Assembly (NCBI GenBank): GCA_030141605.1
Contig: JAQGDQ010000069.1
Span: forward strand, 625,126-689,125
Length of the DNA: 64,000 bases
Reading direction: 5' to 3'
Source: Tubiluchus corallicola
Taxonomy: Eukaryota; Animalia; Priapulida
Shown here piece by piece: positions 25,503 through 39,604 of the stretch (the first letter of the stretch is position 1; each line of letters begins with the position of its first letter). Below the pieces are notes generated by a model, which saw only the letters and a list, made by a program, of their open reading frames with translations, did not search any database and was not told the origin of the DNA. A program made the translations under genes and the position numbers.

Positions 25503-26438
25503 TCAGCTCTTCAGGTGCCGAAGTTTGGCAATAAGACTTCTCTCACTTCTTAGTAGATCATTGGTGTATGTCTTGTATGCGTTAAACTCTTGTTGCAGTT
25601 CCTTGTGTTTATTCTTTAACTGACAAAGTTCATTTTTCAGTTTGCACACATGAGCATCTTTTGACACCAGCTCCTCCTGCTGCTTAAATTTAGCAAGTGC
25701 AATCTGATGTGCTTTTCTAGCCTCTTTTATCTGATCCCTAAGGTCTTGCATCTCATCTTGATTGTTCTGTAACAATTTTCCACGGTGCATGACTATCTCC
25801 AACAGCTCCTCCTTGTCTTTCGACAACTTCTGTGTCTTCACGTTGAACTCTTTGCAGCACTCCTGGTGGTGAGATTCTGAGGCTTTCAGTTTTGCTTCAG
25901 TTTCTTTCAATGTCTGATCTGATTGCTTGCACTTTTTTTCAAGAGTGAAAATCTGTAGTTCGCTTTCAGTTTTCACTTTATTTAGTGTGGTTTCTATGTT
26001 CTTCAACTGTTCCTGCAAAGACTCTTTTTCTGTCCGCAAAGTTTTGCACTTGGACAACACGAAATTCAATTTTTTTTGTTTCTCTGCCACTGCACTTGAG
26101 AAAAGATTGGTATTCTCTTCACTAAGTTTAGCATTTTCTTTCCTTAGACCCTCATTTTCAGCTTTGTACTCGTCCTTAAACTTGATCATTTCTTCATGAT
26201 TCTCTGCCAGTTGGTCAAAACGTCTTTTGAGGAGCACAGCCGTTGCTCTTTCTTTCTTCACTCGCTCTTTCTCTGACTCCATTTCTTCTTTCATTTCCTT
26301 GTTTTGCTTTTCAAGTACTGCTATCTTCTGTACACTTTCTTCAACTTTCTTCTTTAAGTTTACAATCGTTTCAGACTGTTTCTCAAAACGTTTTGATTGC
26401 CCATTTGTCTGGTCGCCCTGAGCTGCGGGGTGATGCAT
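25503..26438 (-). CDS. CCDC89: Coiled-coil domain-containing protein 89-like, single coding exon, 311 aa
   Basis: RFDQLAENHEEMIKFKDEYKAENEGLRKEN..L..EN..LFS, KEELL...HRGKLLQN and the C-terminal DLLRSERSLIAKLRHL match CCDC89 from memory. A tttttag acceptor at 26461-26462 implies an upstream exon, probably 5' UTR. Confidence 0.88.
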   Translation of the reverse strand: MHHPAAQGDQTNGQSKRFEKQSETIVNLKKKVEESVQKIAVLEKQNKEMKEEMESEKERVKKERATAVLLKRRFDQLAENHEEMIKFKDEYKAENEGLRKENAKLSEENTNLFSSAVAEKQKKLNFVLSKCKTLRTEKESLQEQLKNIETTLNKVKTESELQIFTLEKKCKQSDQTLKETEAKLKASESHHQECCKEFNVKTQKLSKDKEELLEIVMHRGKLLQNNQDEMQDLRDQIKEARKAHQIALAKFKQQEELVSKDAHVCKLKNELCQLKNKHKELQQEFNAYKTYTNDLLRSERSLIAKLRHLKS

Positions 26439-29198
26439 GACTACTTCTGGACTATTACACCTAAAAATATCAATATCCTAATATTATGTTATGAAATTAA
26501 ACTTACATGCCTATTAACTAACTTTCTGATCGCTATTTATAAACGCTATCTCGACTGTGCTTGGAACTGATGCTAAGGTTGATACAACAGAATTAAAGAT
26601 AATAGTAATAATACGTTTGTAGGACTTGGACACTACAAAAAGTTAGCTACTTTTTAGTAAAGTAAAGAGGTACCTACTTTCTAGGCCTTCAGAAGTACCG
26701 TCAGCTAGGACTACTTGCAACCCAAAATTAAAGTCGTTAACTCAGACGGGTCTAATCTGAGTATCTCATAAACTCATGACGTCAGCACTCAGTAGCAACA
26801 AGGAAACGTCATGAGAATAATTAAGGCTATGGCATTAGAACACTTTCAAAATGCAGGTCTAACTACAGAAAAGTAGGCTAATGAACCGATTATTTTAGGT
26901 TGTTCTTTCATCACTAAAAGATTTTGAAGACTCTCGATGTTAATATGAAGTTATTGTAGAGAAGTTTTGTTGAATCGTTAAGCAAGAAACAAGATGGATT
27001 TACTTACAAACAATAAGCAGCTAAGTCTCCAGAAAAGCTCATGGGATACATCTGTTGGCAAAGAACTGCGAAGGTCAAATGTCAAAAATTTACAAGCCCA
27101 CCTAATTATTAACGTTGCGTTCAATAACTGGCTTAATATGTTAAGTCAAACGTCAGTGTTTATTGACACGTTACCAATGACGCCTAAGTTTGTTTGCGTT
27201 CTCTTCTCCTCCTGGTGACAATAGTTAGCAACTTCGGTGCATCTATGAAATATTACTGATAGTGTGATAAGATGCCTCACATTGATGCATTATGTAGACA
27301 TTTTGAGTCTGAGAAAGAATTTTTTGGTGTGAGTAAATAAGAAGCGAATGCTGAATTTTTATGATACATGAAAACGCCTCGCTCGAACACTTGATTTTTA
27401 CAACATGATTCTTTTGCAGCTTGCTTATCTGTTTCACTTTTACAGCTTAGTTGTTAGACCTATAGTTCTTATATCGGCCAGTACGTTTGAGGTTGGAAGC
27501 TTCATACACACGCTATCCGCCTCATTTCAATATGAATCACGTTGGATCACGTTGCAAAACACGTAGAACGTTTAAGTATTGTTGCTCGATTATTGAATTT
27601 TCAGAAATTAGATATGTGTATCTTTTTTATTTCATGTACGTTTAGAACTATCGCTAAAAACTGGTCAGTACTGCGCATACTTGCTTAGGTTTAAACCATA
27701 AATGTGTAAGTAAAGTACTACTACGAGTTAGTTGAACTTCGTGTTCGTGAGATCATTAGAGTGCTACAAAATTTACGAAAAAAAATCAGTCGACACATAG
27801 ACCTATAGACGCTATACCTATATGTTGGATGAAGAACTAAGACTTTTCGTCAGTAACACTCTTTTTTAAAATTTCTTACAATAATGGTGAAAAAATCAAT
27901 TAGGACCTAGCAGCAGATATAACTTGCAAGAATGAATGGTTCATGACTTAGACAAATTAGGTTCAATTGATTGCATTCTTAAGGGAACAAAAATTTTTAA
28001 TTTGCTTTTGGATGGCTTAACTTTTTAAGTAACAAACCCAAAAGTTTTTTCGGGACACCGGGCCTCACTTGCTTTTCTTTTTTTAGCAATTAGCATTTCT
28101 AGGGTTTGATTACACTTGATTAGGTCTTGCGTGTGCATCCTCAGCTGTTCATTCTGACGTTGTGTTGCTTAATTAACCATGACATAATCATAATGACAGA
28201 TCAGATATAACTGATAACTTTTTATAGGGGAGGGGGCTAATTTCGGCCAATATTTTGCCACCCACACGACCATCTTAGGCCCATTAAGTTGCGGATTTTT
28301 GAAACCGTATCCAGTATAGACTGGCAGAGCACATGCCAAGCTGGGTGGGAAACCCAGCGAGAAGCTTTGTTGTGTTTTGAAACAAGGCGGGTTAGTTAAC
28401 TAAACAAGATACGAGACAGGCTCCCACCAAGCGGCAATGTTATACGAGAAGACAGGCAGTTTTTTATTAGGAAAATAAGGAACAGAAGGTTTCGTTGTTC
28501 GTTAACAACATTCATTCATTTTAGCCTGATTTTTGGGAGGTTTTTCTATTTATGGTAAAATAGGCTTATGTCGTAGGCCTACACTGCCATAATGCTGGAC
28601 AATAAAACTTTACTAAAAATAACAAAGTGGTACAGAGGCTGTCTTTCCTCTTATTTTAATAAAAACACAGAAAACATCGTCTGAACAACTTTCTGAATTT
28701 TAGTAAAGAATGAAGCTGATTGTCCGACATTAGCCAGTGTAACACATTAACCCATTTTCCCTATAGAAAAAAATTACAGTTTTATAGAACCGAAAATTAT
28801 TTATTTTATCGTAAGCGCAGAAATTCACTAAAGTAGGAACTTTTCAGATTAATACGCCTCCAGAGATTTCGAAATGAAAAAAATGAAATTTCACAGGTTT
28901 TGGAAAAGGGAAACCTGCTTAGAAATTCCAGAGATCAGAAAAAGTGTCATTTGTACAGTTAAGCACTTTAACTTTTACTGAGGTTGGCGCAAATTAAGTA
29001 AGATTCGGAAATTAACTACTGTGCCTATAAGAAAACTCCTTTAGACAATAAAGTTATTTAGTATATAATTTATTAATTGTGCTCGAAGTCAGGTTGCAGA
29101 ATTCTGTTTTGTACAAACAACAATAAACAATTAAGCAATTGAGAATTGGATGAATAAGTACTTAATATTAAATATATATTTGATTGAAACCCTTAAAC

Positions 29199-29549
29199 CA
29201 GTGTTTCACAAACTTTTATAGTACACGACCCCTTTCAGCAGTACTAAACCTGACATGATCCTCACCTTTACAAGCCTTCTGAAAGTGTGCTAATTTTTAA
29301 TATTGTAGCATATATTATTTAAAAAATTTAAAAGATTAATCTCAACAGAAATATTTCATAATAAATTAACAGAAAATGTTTATTAATAAATTAAAACAAC
29401 AACAATACAATGCACCCACAATGCACTAGCGGTCCGTGCATGCGTTCGACCCAGCAAGCTGAATGTACATACAGTTAGACCCGCCATGACCCCCGAAAAA
29501 GGCTCACGACCATTCTGGGGGTCGCAGACCCACAGTTTGGGAATCACTG
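29199..29549. mobile_element. Non-autonomous hAT (Charlie-like) element, 351 bp
   Basis: Termini cagtgtttcacaaact / agtttgggaatcactg; 8-bp target-site duplication ccttaaac (29191-29198) / tcttaaac (29550-29557); subterminal gacccc/ggggtc motifs. Confidence 0.85.
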
Positions 29550-32500
29550 TCTTAAACGATTAAAAAATTCAGCTGAACAAATGAGCAAAGTCAGTTCATG
29601 ATGCACAGTAATATCCATATACCAGAAAACCCCTTAAATGAACTCGTAAATTTTCAGCTTTTGAAAAAGTAGGGGATTTAGCACATTCTGAAAAGCCTAT
29701 GATATCATTCACAATTTCACTTCCGTCAAACAAATGCTCGCAGATCTTAGATTCTATAAGGCAGAATTAACTTTCTATAACATTTTATACACGAAAGAAT
29801 ACAGTCCTTTCAATATGGATCCAAAACAAGGTATCTTTTGTTTGGAGCAAAGAAGGGTGAAAGGGTTAGCTTTTTTAGAGTAACCTGATCATGGCACGTG
29901 GGCGTAATAAAAATGTCATCAAATCACACAACAAATGCGGCCTTGTGCAGGGAAAATGAAGCCAGTCTTGCGTGTAACTCTTTATCGAAATACGATGACT
30001 CCCCCAGGGCAGTGTACCGGGTCCAACGATGAATAAAATAATAACCCAGTTAAACATTTGTGATTATGGAACATTTTATTTTGAGGCCCTGGTGTAAACT
30101 GAAGCCGCTGCGACGTATGTATTATGGTGTAATATTCAAAAACAACTTAGATTGGTTATAAAAAAGTTTTTAGTTTATTTGAAACGAGAAACGATACTAA
30201 AATTTCTGTAATATGAGAAATAAAAAATTCGTGGACCCATAAAAATGGAAGCAATAGCAGTAACATAAACACATTGAGTGGCAGCGAGCCATATTAACAG
30301 AAACAACAAAATTTTTAATCAGGAAAGTCAATTTCTCACATAGGCCTAATTAATGAATGAACAAATGAAGGAACGAACAAATTAATAATGAATGAATGCA
30401 TGAATGAATGAACGAACGAACGAACGAACGAACGAATGAATAAATAAATAAATGAACAAATAAATGCAAGTAAGGAAAGGTCGGTGAACAGACCAATAAA
30501 TCATAAACATAGTAGTTATAATGACAATTTTGATGCAAACAGATGAACAAAGGAAGCATTTGCAGCCGATCTAGGCAAGATGTTTATACCGCGTTATCCT
30601 GATACGACACCGCAAACAACTTCGGCGATAGTGTAACCGGAGTATAATGTCTTCTGGTCAGGTAAGTTTGGGTGATTGGCAGAAAAAAATAAAATGCTGT
30701 TGGTACCACTTATAAAATATATCACATGACATCCCTGTGGAATCGAACGCGAAAGTTATACACGAAAAGGAAACACGTTATACCTGCAAGTTGTCGTTGC
30801 GGTCTATGAAAAGTATGTGTGAATGAATAAAATAATGAACAAATGAGTGAATGAATAGAAAAATGAGAAAATAACGTACGAAACAAAAAAACAAATAAAT
30901 AAGTAAATAAGGAAAGAAGAAACAACCAGGTAAAACGGTAGCGCAAAGCAAAAAAAACAGAAGAAAGTAAAACGAAGAAAAAGAAAGAAAAGAAAAAGAA
31001 GAAGAAGAAATAATAAGCGAACTATTAGGGCAAAAGTGAAACATAGCAAATAAATAAAGTTATTCACTAAATTTCATACGAGTTTTGTAGGTCCTAAAAT
31101 TACGCAGTTGTTCTAATTGTTTTTGCTTCCGTAATTTTCGTTACTGCAATAGTTATTATAAAGCCGACCCTGGTGGTCACCTGACGAGTATATTTTACCC
31201 CCACTGTTCTGGAGTGTATCATTAACACCAGCTCAACTTTCTCTCAACAATAGCCCCTTCTCTTGTACAATGGACACACTGTTGTAACTGTATATTTTGC
31301 CCTTTTAAAGGAAAATGCTTGAAATGTTCGACGCGTGTTGATTAGTTCAAATTACAGGCCCTCTGCTGGCGCAGTTGGGATGGGAAAAGAGAGGGAGATG
31401 TGGAGGCGTCGCGACAAGGTAGCCCCGATGTGTGTAGCGTAATAGGTAAGACAGTGGTTACAAATATCAGCTAGGTATTTGCAATTATTTAAATCGAGAA
31501 AATCCCATGTAGTCTGTAGAGGACTTAACATTAACATCTTTTCACGTTTTTGTGACCATTTCAGTGTCTTTGTAAAAGTTTTTAAAATAGAATAATTTTT
31601 CCAACTACATCCATTGTGTATAAAGAATTTTATAAAAAGAATAATATGCGGCTTGACAAAGAAGAAAAATGTCGAAACAGTGACACTCATATTCAGTATT
31701 AAAATGCCACATAATTTAATTAATTGCCGGGTGTCACTAGGGGCTACTGGCAGAAAACTCATATTCCTTCATCCAGCCAATCTAGTCTTGTAAGAAACTT
31801 TAAAACAGTAGTGTTTTTGTTAGATTTAACTGATAAGTTCAACAGAATATACACATAAAGAGGCGTTAAATTTTAGAGCAAAATGAAATCATCTTAATGC
31901 TTTTGTTTTATAAAAAATTGTATTGATGTAACGGCAATGTTACGCAGATTTTAGCACTTAATTTTGGAAGTTCAGTACGCTTAAATATTTCAAAACTGTA
32001 CTTACTGATTATTTGTCACATGTAGTTTTCGGTTTCAATAAATTTATCATACTAGCAATGCCAGAGAGCGTTTATCTTGTCTTTGGTTTCTGACTAAGGC
32101 CGTAAGGCACCATAAAATGGAAAGTCTGAATTTGTTCTGCGCGTGTGTCGACTTCTTTTTGACTTTTTTGCCTGATTACCAGTCTGCTCATCATTGAGGT
32201 CCATGGAAGAACCACTGCATTCGACTTGCAGACTTTAGACACTTATAAGTAGATATTACCTCATACAAACCTCTCTTTCTCGGACTTCCTTAACCCTGCT
32301 TGTAGGGTGAGCTGGGAATGAAACGATGCGTGCAGTTTTATATAATCTATGTGGTTATTTGCGTATAAGCTAGTTCTTAGAGTTCGTTTGGACATGGATC
32401 AGTTCTTAGCCCCCCATACAGGTAGCATAAATGTTGTAGAAGCACGTTTGAACTGTAAAAGGTAGCATATTGCCTCTATGAGCAGAGCAGCCGTATATCA

Positions 32501-33155
32501 TTTGCTTACAATATATTATCGATACATTTCTCTAGGCCATGACAAACACAGGCTATATTGGCCATATATGGAAAACGTAAAATAGACAACCATGTGTAGA
32601 CTTGGCCCTGAACCCGGCTGATATTACATAAAGAAGTTGAAGAGTGAGCAGAAAAATTAATTCTTCTATTCTTGCAAAAATTTGCAAAGCTTTATGCTTA
32701 CTAAGCCGGCGGTGGATGATGGATGATATTGTTTACCATTTCTGTGCGAGCTTTTGATACAAAATACGCCAAACGTTAATCAAAGATTATGCCACTCAAT
32801 AAAGTTTGTGATTGATGTTCGAAATCTGCTCGAATTTCAATCTTGCTTGCATTGTGAATCGGGGCACTGCACCGCCGTCACATTATGAACAACATGCGCG
32901 AGTTAATGCGCCGCCGTTTCGCTGAATAATCTAATAAATTCCGAATTATATGAACGAGGATCCGAGTATAATCCGACACGGGCCCTTGACCATTGTTGGC
33001 ACCTTTGGGCCACCATCGTGGAAAATATGCTCTTTATCCACACATGAATTTACATAAAAATAGCCACGTGGCATGTATTACGCCGCGTTTACGCGCCTGC
33101 TAGCTTGTATCATTCCGCTTATAAGGTTTATTGAAACTTTATTCATCGAGAGCTG

Positions 33156-33228
33156 ACACTGAATACATTATGTTCCGGTAGATCCGTGCTGAATGCGCTA
33201 CACTGAATGCATTATGTTCGGGTAAATC
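33156..33228. repeat. Short direct repeat, period 44 bp
   Basis: acactgaatacattatgttccggtagatc / acactgaatgcattatgttcgggtaaatc. Confidence 0.8.
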
Positions 33229-36200
33229 TTTGTGTCAACAGTTGAAGTGTTGGCTGACTTGTGACCATATTTACTTTTGCACCGTTTGAATGCTGATTGT
33301 GTGTTTAAACTGTTACAATACGCTGGGGACCAAGAAACGTAGCTTGACAATTATTCCGCCATTTTTCAATCACTGCATCATACAAAAAAGGTCAACCTAA
33401 ATTCGGACGATTAGGTCGAGCAAAAGAATTGACTGCTTCTGATTAGCTAACTAAACCTCGGTTCATTATTACGTGAATCAGCATCATGACAGGAAGGCCT
33501 ATGTCTAATGGAAAAAGTTCTATATAGTTATGCAAGAAAACCAAGGTGTTATTTCTATAGCAAACCACTGTTTCATTTCTGTTATGTTGCTAACAATTAG
33601 TGTAGAAAAGGTTGTTCGACTAATATTCGCGATTTGATGTTAATGTGCAACATGAAAACTATTCTCTCCCTAACCCTCCCTCCTGCTCAACCATTCCTTA
33701 TTCAACCGATTAGAAAATTTGAGAAAAAACACGAAGCAAAATAGCAAAAATGTCTGAATGTGTTTTTTATGAAATCGTCTTTTATCATCCCAATTTTCAA
33801 TTAAGAATTTCAAGGTAAAACGAAGGCAATTATCACAAACATGCCCCGCAAATGTTAATTTGGACAGTTTCAATAAACAGGATAGACAGGTTTACAAAGC
33901 GTAAATTCATTTTTGCATTTTTGCAATCAAGCATCCCGTTACTTAGTTTGAACTAGAATGACTTCGAGTTTTAGGAACAAGAACAACAAGATCCAGAAAA
34001 GAAGCATTTGGGTCAAGTCATTCGACCAAAAAGTGTGATAAGCATTTATTTCAGCATTTATGAATTACTCAACTTTAGCGAAGTAGATAGCTTTTGTTCA
34101 GCATTTTTGATGAAAAGGTCCCTAAATGAGTCACCTATGAACTGAGCATCTGAAATTACTGAAGTAAGCGCTAATTTAGTTAGGTTACTCAGATCCTGGA
34201 AAGGGTTTTTTTGCCAATAACAGATTTATAGGCTTACACTTATTAAGGTTAGCTGAAAATGAGTACAAAACTTACTATAACACTACATGAGCAGGCAGGC
34301 TTAATTGCTTTTTAGTAATTTTACTAACTCGTAGATGTCCAGTATCCTTTCGTAGGATCTAGTCGTCAAATTTTGGAAACTACGCTTTATTTAACTAAGG
34401 ACTCTTTTGATTAGGAAGTTTTCAATGATTACAGCATTTCAAGTCAATTAACTATTTTGCTTTACCGAAATAATGCTTCAATGTCATGCAGGATTTTCGG
34501 ATCGGCATCACAAACTCATTTCATAAAAACAAACAAAAGAATAATTGCTAGGCTTTCGAACAATTATGGCGAAGTCGCGGCGGCTTGTTTATTAAAGTCT
34601 TAGTTGCAGATTGTGATCTTCTGGTATCCGTCCACTGCCACAGCCACTGGTCAGAGAGTTAGACCACCAAGATAGCATCAAATCAAGTCAATTTTCTTGC
34701 TAATGGCGAAGTAATATAGACCAAAATTCTGCAAAGGTCACTTAATCAAGCCGACCAATCTACCCTAAACATAATTTCTGAATAGTTGATCCATAGTCAA
34801 GTAGATCTTATCAAAAATTCGACCAGATGCTCACAGTGGCCCTTTTGACTACCTATACAAAGGTAGTGCACCAGAGGTGTTAAAACTCGCCGCTATCAAG
34901 ATGATGACTAAAAAGTATGACGTCACAATGTCCCCAAGAGGCTTAAGCCCCGCCTTAAAGTGTGTCCGTCTCGGAATCTCCCACCTGTCCGTCTCCTAGC
35001 GCGCAGACAGTAAAACAAGAGAACATACGATGAGCAGACGCTAACACAGTAGCGAAAATCAACTTGCAAACAAAAGAGCTGCCATTGTTACGTGAAATGG
35101 CGGGCGGTACAAAGTCAAATGATGACAGATAGCGGGGTGGGATCCTTATCGAGTGGAACCAACCATATTTGTCAGACTATTAGACCGCTTTGTTCAGAGG
35201 AGATCTAATCATCGATAGATGCATTGCTACTAAGAACATGTGTCATAAGGCTTAAATGGTAGGCCTACTATGTCATTTTTTCAGTGGCCTAAACCTCTGG
35301 CCTATTCGATTATTATATGAAACTGATGTGCGTTATGATTATACGAATATTCCGTGCAGAGAACGAGTAACTTCCAAGTACTTTATTGGTTATTATTTTT
35401 TCAAGATTGTATAAACTGAGTTTCCAGGCTTAATTCTTCAATTGCGCAGTGTGGGATATACTCGCCATAACTCTATAGAGCCGTTCAGTTCACCGTGTTG
35501 TTCTTTCCGTTCATGGAACGCAAAACTTTCTGTAATTACACGTAACTCATGTCATATCTTATTTTAATTTGTTTTAATGTTATATGAAAACATTTACTCT
35601 CCTATAGTGACTATATATAGGCCCCTGGTCACTATATGCGATTAAATGCTCACATGCGATTTATATAAAACAAAACAAGATATGATAAAATAAATATTTA
35701 TATTATAATATATAAATTTTATGTTATTTTATAATCTATGTTATTTTATAAACATTATTTTATGTTATATTATAATTTATATAATTTTTGGTCTTTGTTT
35801 TATGTTATTTTATATATAGACTAAAAACTGTTGATTTCCAGACAGATAAAAACAGTTTTATCTTCTCAATGCACAACCTTAGGCATATTAATCCATCAAT
35901 AATCAACGCCTATATAGGTTAAATTTTCTAGATATCTAGAACAGCTCTGATATCATCTAAATGATCTAAACACAGTATCACAGATGGCCAAATTTGTGCA
36001 AACGGTTTGTAATGTTGTTGCCTATCACAAAAATCATGATCCATTATAGATCAATGGCTGTATCCACGGTCTGTCATCGAATTATTTACGCCTGCTAGAA
36101 TTAAGACAAAGAGGCATAAAGATTCGTTCAAGATTTCAGTCTGTTCTCGTGATTATCAAATCAATGAAAAAGTGCAAAGAAAGATTTGTTAAACAATAAC

Positions 36201-37055
36201 AAAAACAGCCATTGATAGTAACATCATTACTGGAAATATAAATTAAACCTGAACATTTCTGTAACATTAGTGATTACAGCTTTTTTAAGTATTTTTAAGT
36301 ATTTAAGTAAATGATGTTGTAGGCGTTGTTTCTATTTTGTTGCTTATAGAGGTTTCCAAAGTAGGCCTAATACAAGTTTTGTCACAAATAGTACTTTTTA
36401 GTTTACTGCATGCCTGGGGATTGTAGGTCTACAAGCTAGGCTATATGAAATCCGATGCGCACGAATTTTTTTCGTATTATCGTAACTGTACAATTAGACT
36501 GTATTACTTTAACACTTTAACTTCAAAACATTGAATAGGCTGCTGTAAAATTTGCTCTTTCATTTTTTTAGGTCATATTTAAGGTAATTGTTTTATTATA
36601 GTATTTTTATTTGCAACTCAACATGCGAGTTATCATAATTCACAAGGGGTTTTGTGGTAATCGTACTTGATTTGTTTTCTCTTTTTATTAAGTATGCCCT
36701 CAGTTGTTAATCAGCGGAAATGGGTGTTTCAGTATTCCGCATTAATAAACCGCAAGCTCTCTCAATTAAAGTGTTTTCCTGCAGCAGTGTGTTCATGATT
36801 TTCCCCGAGGGGGCGACAGCTTTGAGTTTTGTTACAACTCGCTTGGCTTTTGTTGTTCATTTGTTGCAGCCTGAATTGAATGAGAATGCTAAACAGAATG
36901 TCCAAAGGGAAGAATTATTTACTGAAGTGTACTAGAGCGGATTCTGGTCCAATCTGTGGGTATAAGTTTAAGTTTAACAGCCCCAGAGAGCTTAGAACTG
37001 ACAGCGATGTAAAGAGAAAGCCAAAGATGTATGATTGACAGAGTAGACAAAAACA

Positions 37056-37086
37056 TGTGTGTGTGAGAGAGAGAGATTGAGACAGA

Positions 37087-37152
<66 letters not shown>

Positions 37153-37230
37153 AAGAGAAAGAGAGCGAGAGAGGGGGGAAAGAGAGAGAAGAGAGAAAGA
37201 GAAATAGAGAGAGAGAAAGAGAGAGAGGAA

Positions 37231-37271
<41 letters not shown>

Positions 37272-37283
37272 TGTGAGAGAGAG
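37056..37283. repeat. Interrupted (GA)n microsatellite
   Basis: Direct reading. Confidence 0.95.
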
Positions 37284-39418
37284 ATGGCAGTGCAATTATC
37301 TACCTGTTCAGAGATGGAGACACCTCCACTTCCCACAGTTGCAGACAGTTTTCTCACCGTCGGGCCAATTTAAGGATTTGGCGGATTAAACAATTCCTTG
37401 TCCCCAAAGTGGCGACTCCGTATTGTTCAAGCGACAGATTCCTGAAAAGACATAAAATGGACAAATTACACGGTCCGTAGCGAAGCGCTCTAACTATTCA
37501 AAATAGTTGTAGATTATTAGAGCTAGAGCCAAACTGGTGTGCATTAGACAAATTAGAACTTTGAGAAGTTGTTTGAAGATTAGTGAATATTTTCTAGCTA
37601 GATTTGCTAGCTGATATTGCATGGTCGTTTACACATTGTATGTGTTTACTGGCGATGATCAGAAAGGCTTGGCAGCTCATTGTAGTTAAACGGGTAAAAT
37701 TTTGCTGTTTAAAATACATGCAATGAAGTGTCAATAATACGCTCATGGGAAAACTCTGAATTCTGCACGCCTCCACTGAAAAGAAGTGTAGCAAAAGTAG
37801 ATAAAGAATTTTTAATTTGTAGATGGCTTAACCTCTACTTATTTAAAGTTGGTTTGTTAAACACAAGTTTAGTAAGCCATCTAACACAGTGAACACACAA
37901 TTGTTATAAACCTAAACGACAATTTCTATCTATTGCATTTATGAGTTCCTTCCCCAAAGATAAATTGTAGCTACGCCTAAAATATACAGATATGGATTTG
38001 CACCGTTTACACTGAAAATGTTTACATTACACTAAACTCAAAAACAATTAATATTACAAGTTATTAAAGGTCGTAGCTTTTGAAAAATTATGTTCTGTGA
38101 AATTGGAAGTTCATTTAATAACGTGGTGTAAGAAATTGTGAAATAACACATTACTCATCAAACAAGGAATTAACTTTTATAACTAAATCCGATTGTTTTA
38201 CTTTTCAAGCAACTAAAAAGAGATTTTCAAAGCTTGCAGGTATCTTTCCTATTTTCAATTAACAATGTTCGACAATGTATAATAGTGCGAAAAATTATAT
38301 TTTTTATATTTACTCAGTAGAAGTTTGTGCATTATAAAGTGTGATGCAAAGTGCATAGGCCTGCACATTATATTGTAATGAGATCTTACTAATTATTGTC
38401 CAGTTAAGGATTGTAGGTGAATTGAGCAACCTCTCAAAAATATATTGTATTAATTTTCGATGTGAAAACAATGCATTACTAATGAAGCCAATTTTTTAAA
38501 ATTAATTAATGTTTTGATTGATTTTTAATTTTTTTATTTTTTTGTAAATCTTGCAAAAGATCCTGTAGGGCATGCAGGGTTTATACCCCGTCAAGAATTT
38601 GTGTTAAAAAGGCTCTGTTACGTTGTTCTAAAAACACGATTATACGTATTATGTATTTAATACCATTATGTTATATTTTGTTTATAATAAAAAGTGAAAT
38701 GAACACAATCGCTTCTCATTTTGAATAATCACAGAAGGACAAGTGAAATTTTAACCTTCGCTGCGAATTAGAAGTTAAACTAACGTTCCAACTACGTATA
38801 ACTTAACCCGCTCTAGACTCAATCGACTGGAAGTACTGGAATTAATACACTAGCCACTCTAACACGCTAGATGCACCGCTTAGGCACGTAAAATGTCTGA
38901 TAGGATTTACATCAAACTTTTTCTCAACAAAAGAATAGACTTTTAATAGTCTTGCCCATGCAATTTTCAACAACGTGCATTGAATTTTAATACAGCGGAT
39001 AACAATAAATTAAAAGCAAATCGATGCAATACGTTCTTTTACATCAAGATTAAACAATATAATCCATCAATAAGGTGCGAGTTCCTAATTCGTTTTTCTG
39101 TTTTTCTGTTTTCGTTTTTTGTTACTACGTTTTGTTACTGTGCTATATCTTTTTGTTGTTCGTTGTTGTCGCGTTTTGCTTAAAGGGTATACTGCTAGCA
39201 AGATAAATCTTTATCTGATAAATTTGTTATGTATTAAATGATGCCATTGCACAATACTGCATGCACCATTTTTGCTTTTGTTTTCTGCACAACTGCTTAA
39301 CGTTGTACTAAATGATCATCAGCAGTCCCATCACTGCTGCTACATTGCATTCTTGGTTATTTTTGTTTTGTCATCATCGCTATCATTTTCATCATTATTA
39401 TCGTCGTTACCGTTAACG

Positions 39419-39513
<95 letters not shown>

Positions 39514-39514
39514 G

Positions 39515-39550
<36 letters not shown>

Positions 39551-39558
39551 CCACCACC

Positions 39559-39600
<42 letters not shown>
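39419..39600. repeat. (ATC)n microsatellite with an embedded (CAC)n block and degenerate triplet flanks
   Basis: Direct reading. Confidence 0.95.

Positions 39601-39604
<4 letters not shown>

Noticed and set aside
36915-37373. SL- and ER-repeat ORFs (also at 50026-50274 and 57040-57456)
   Set aside because: Artefacts of (GA)n tracts.
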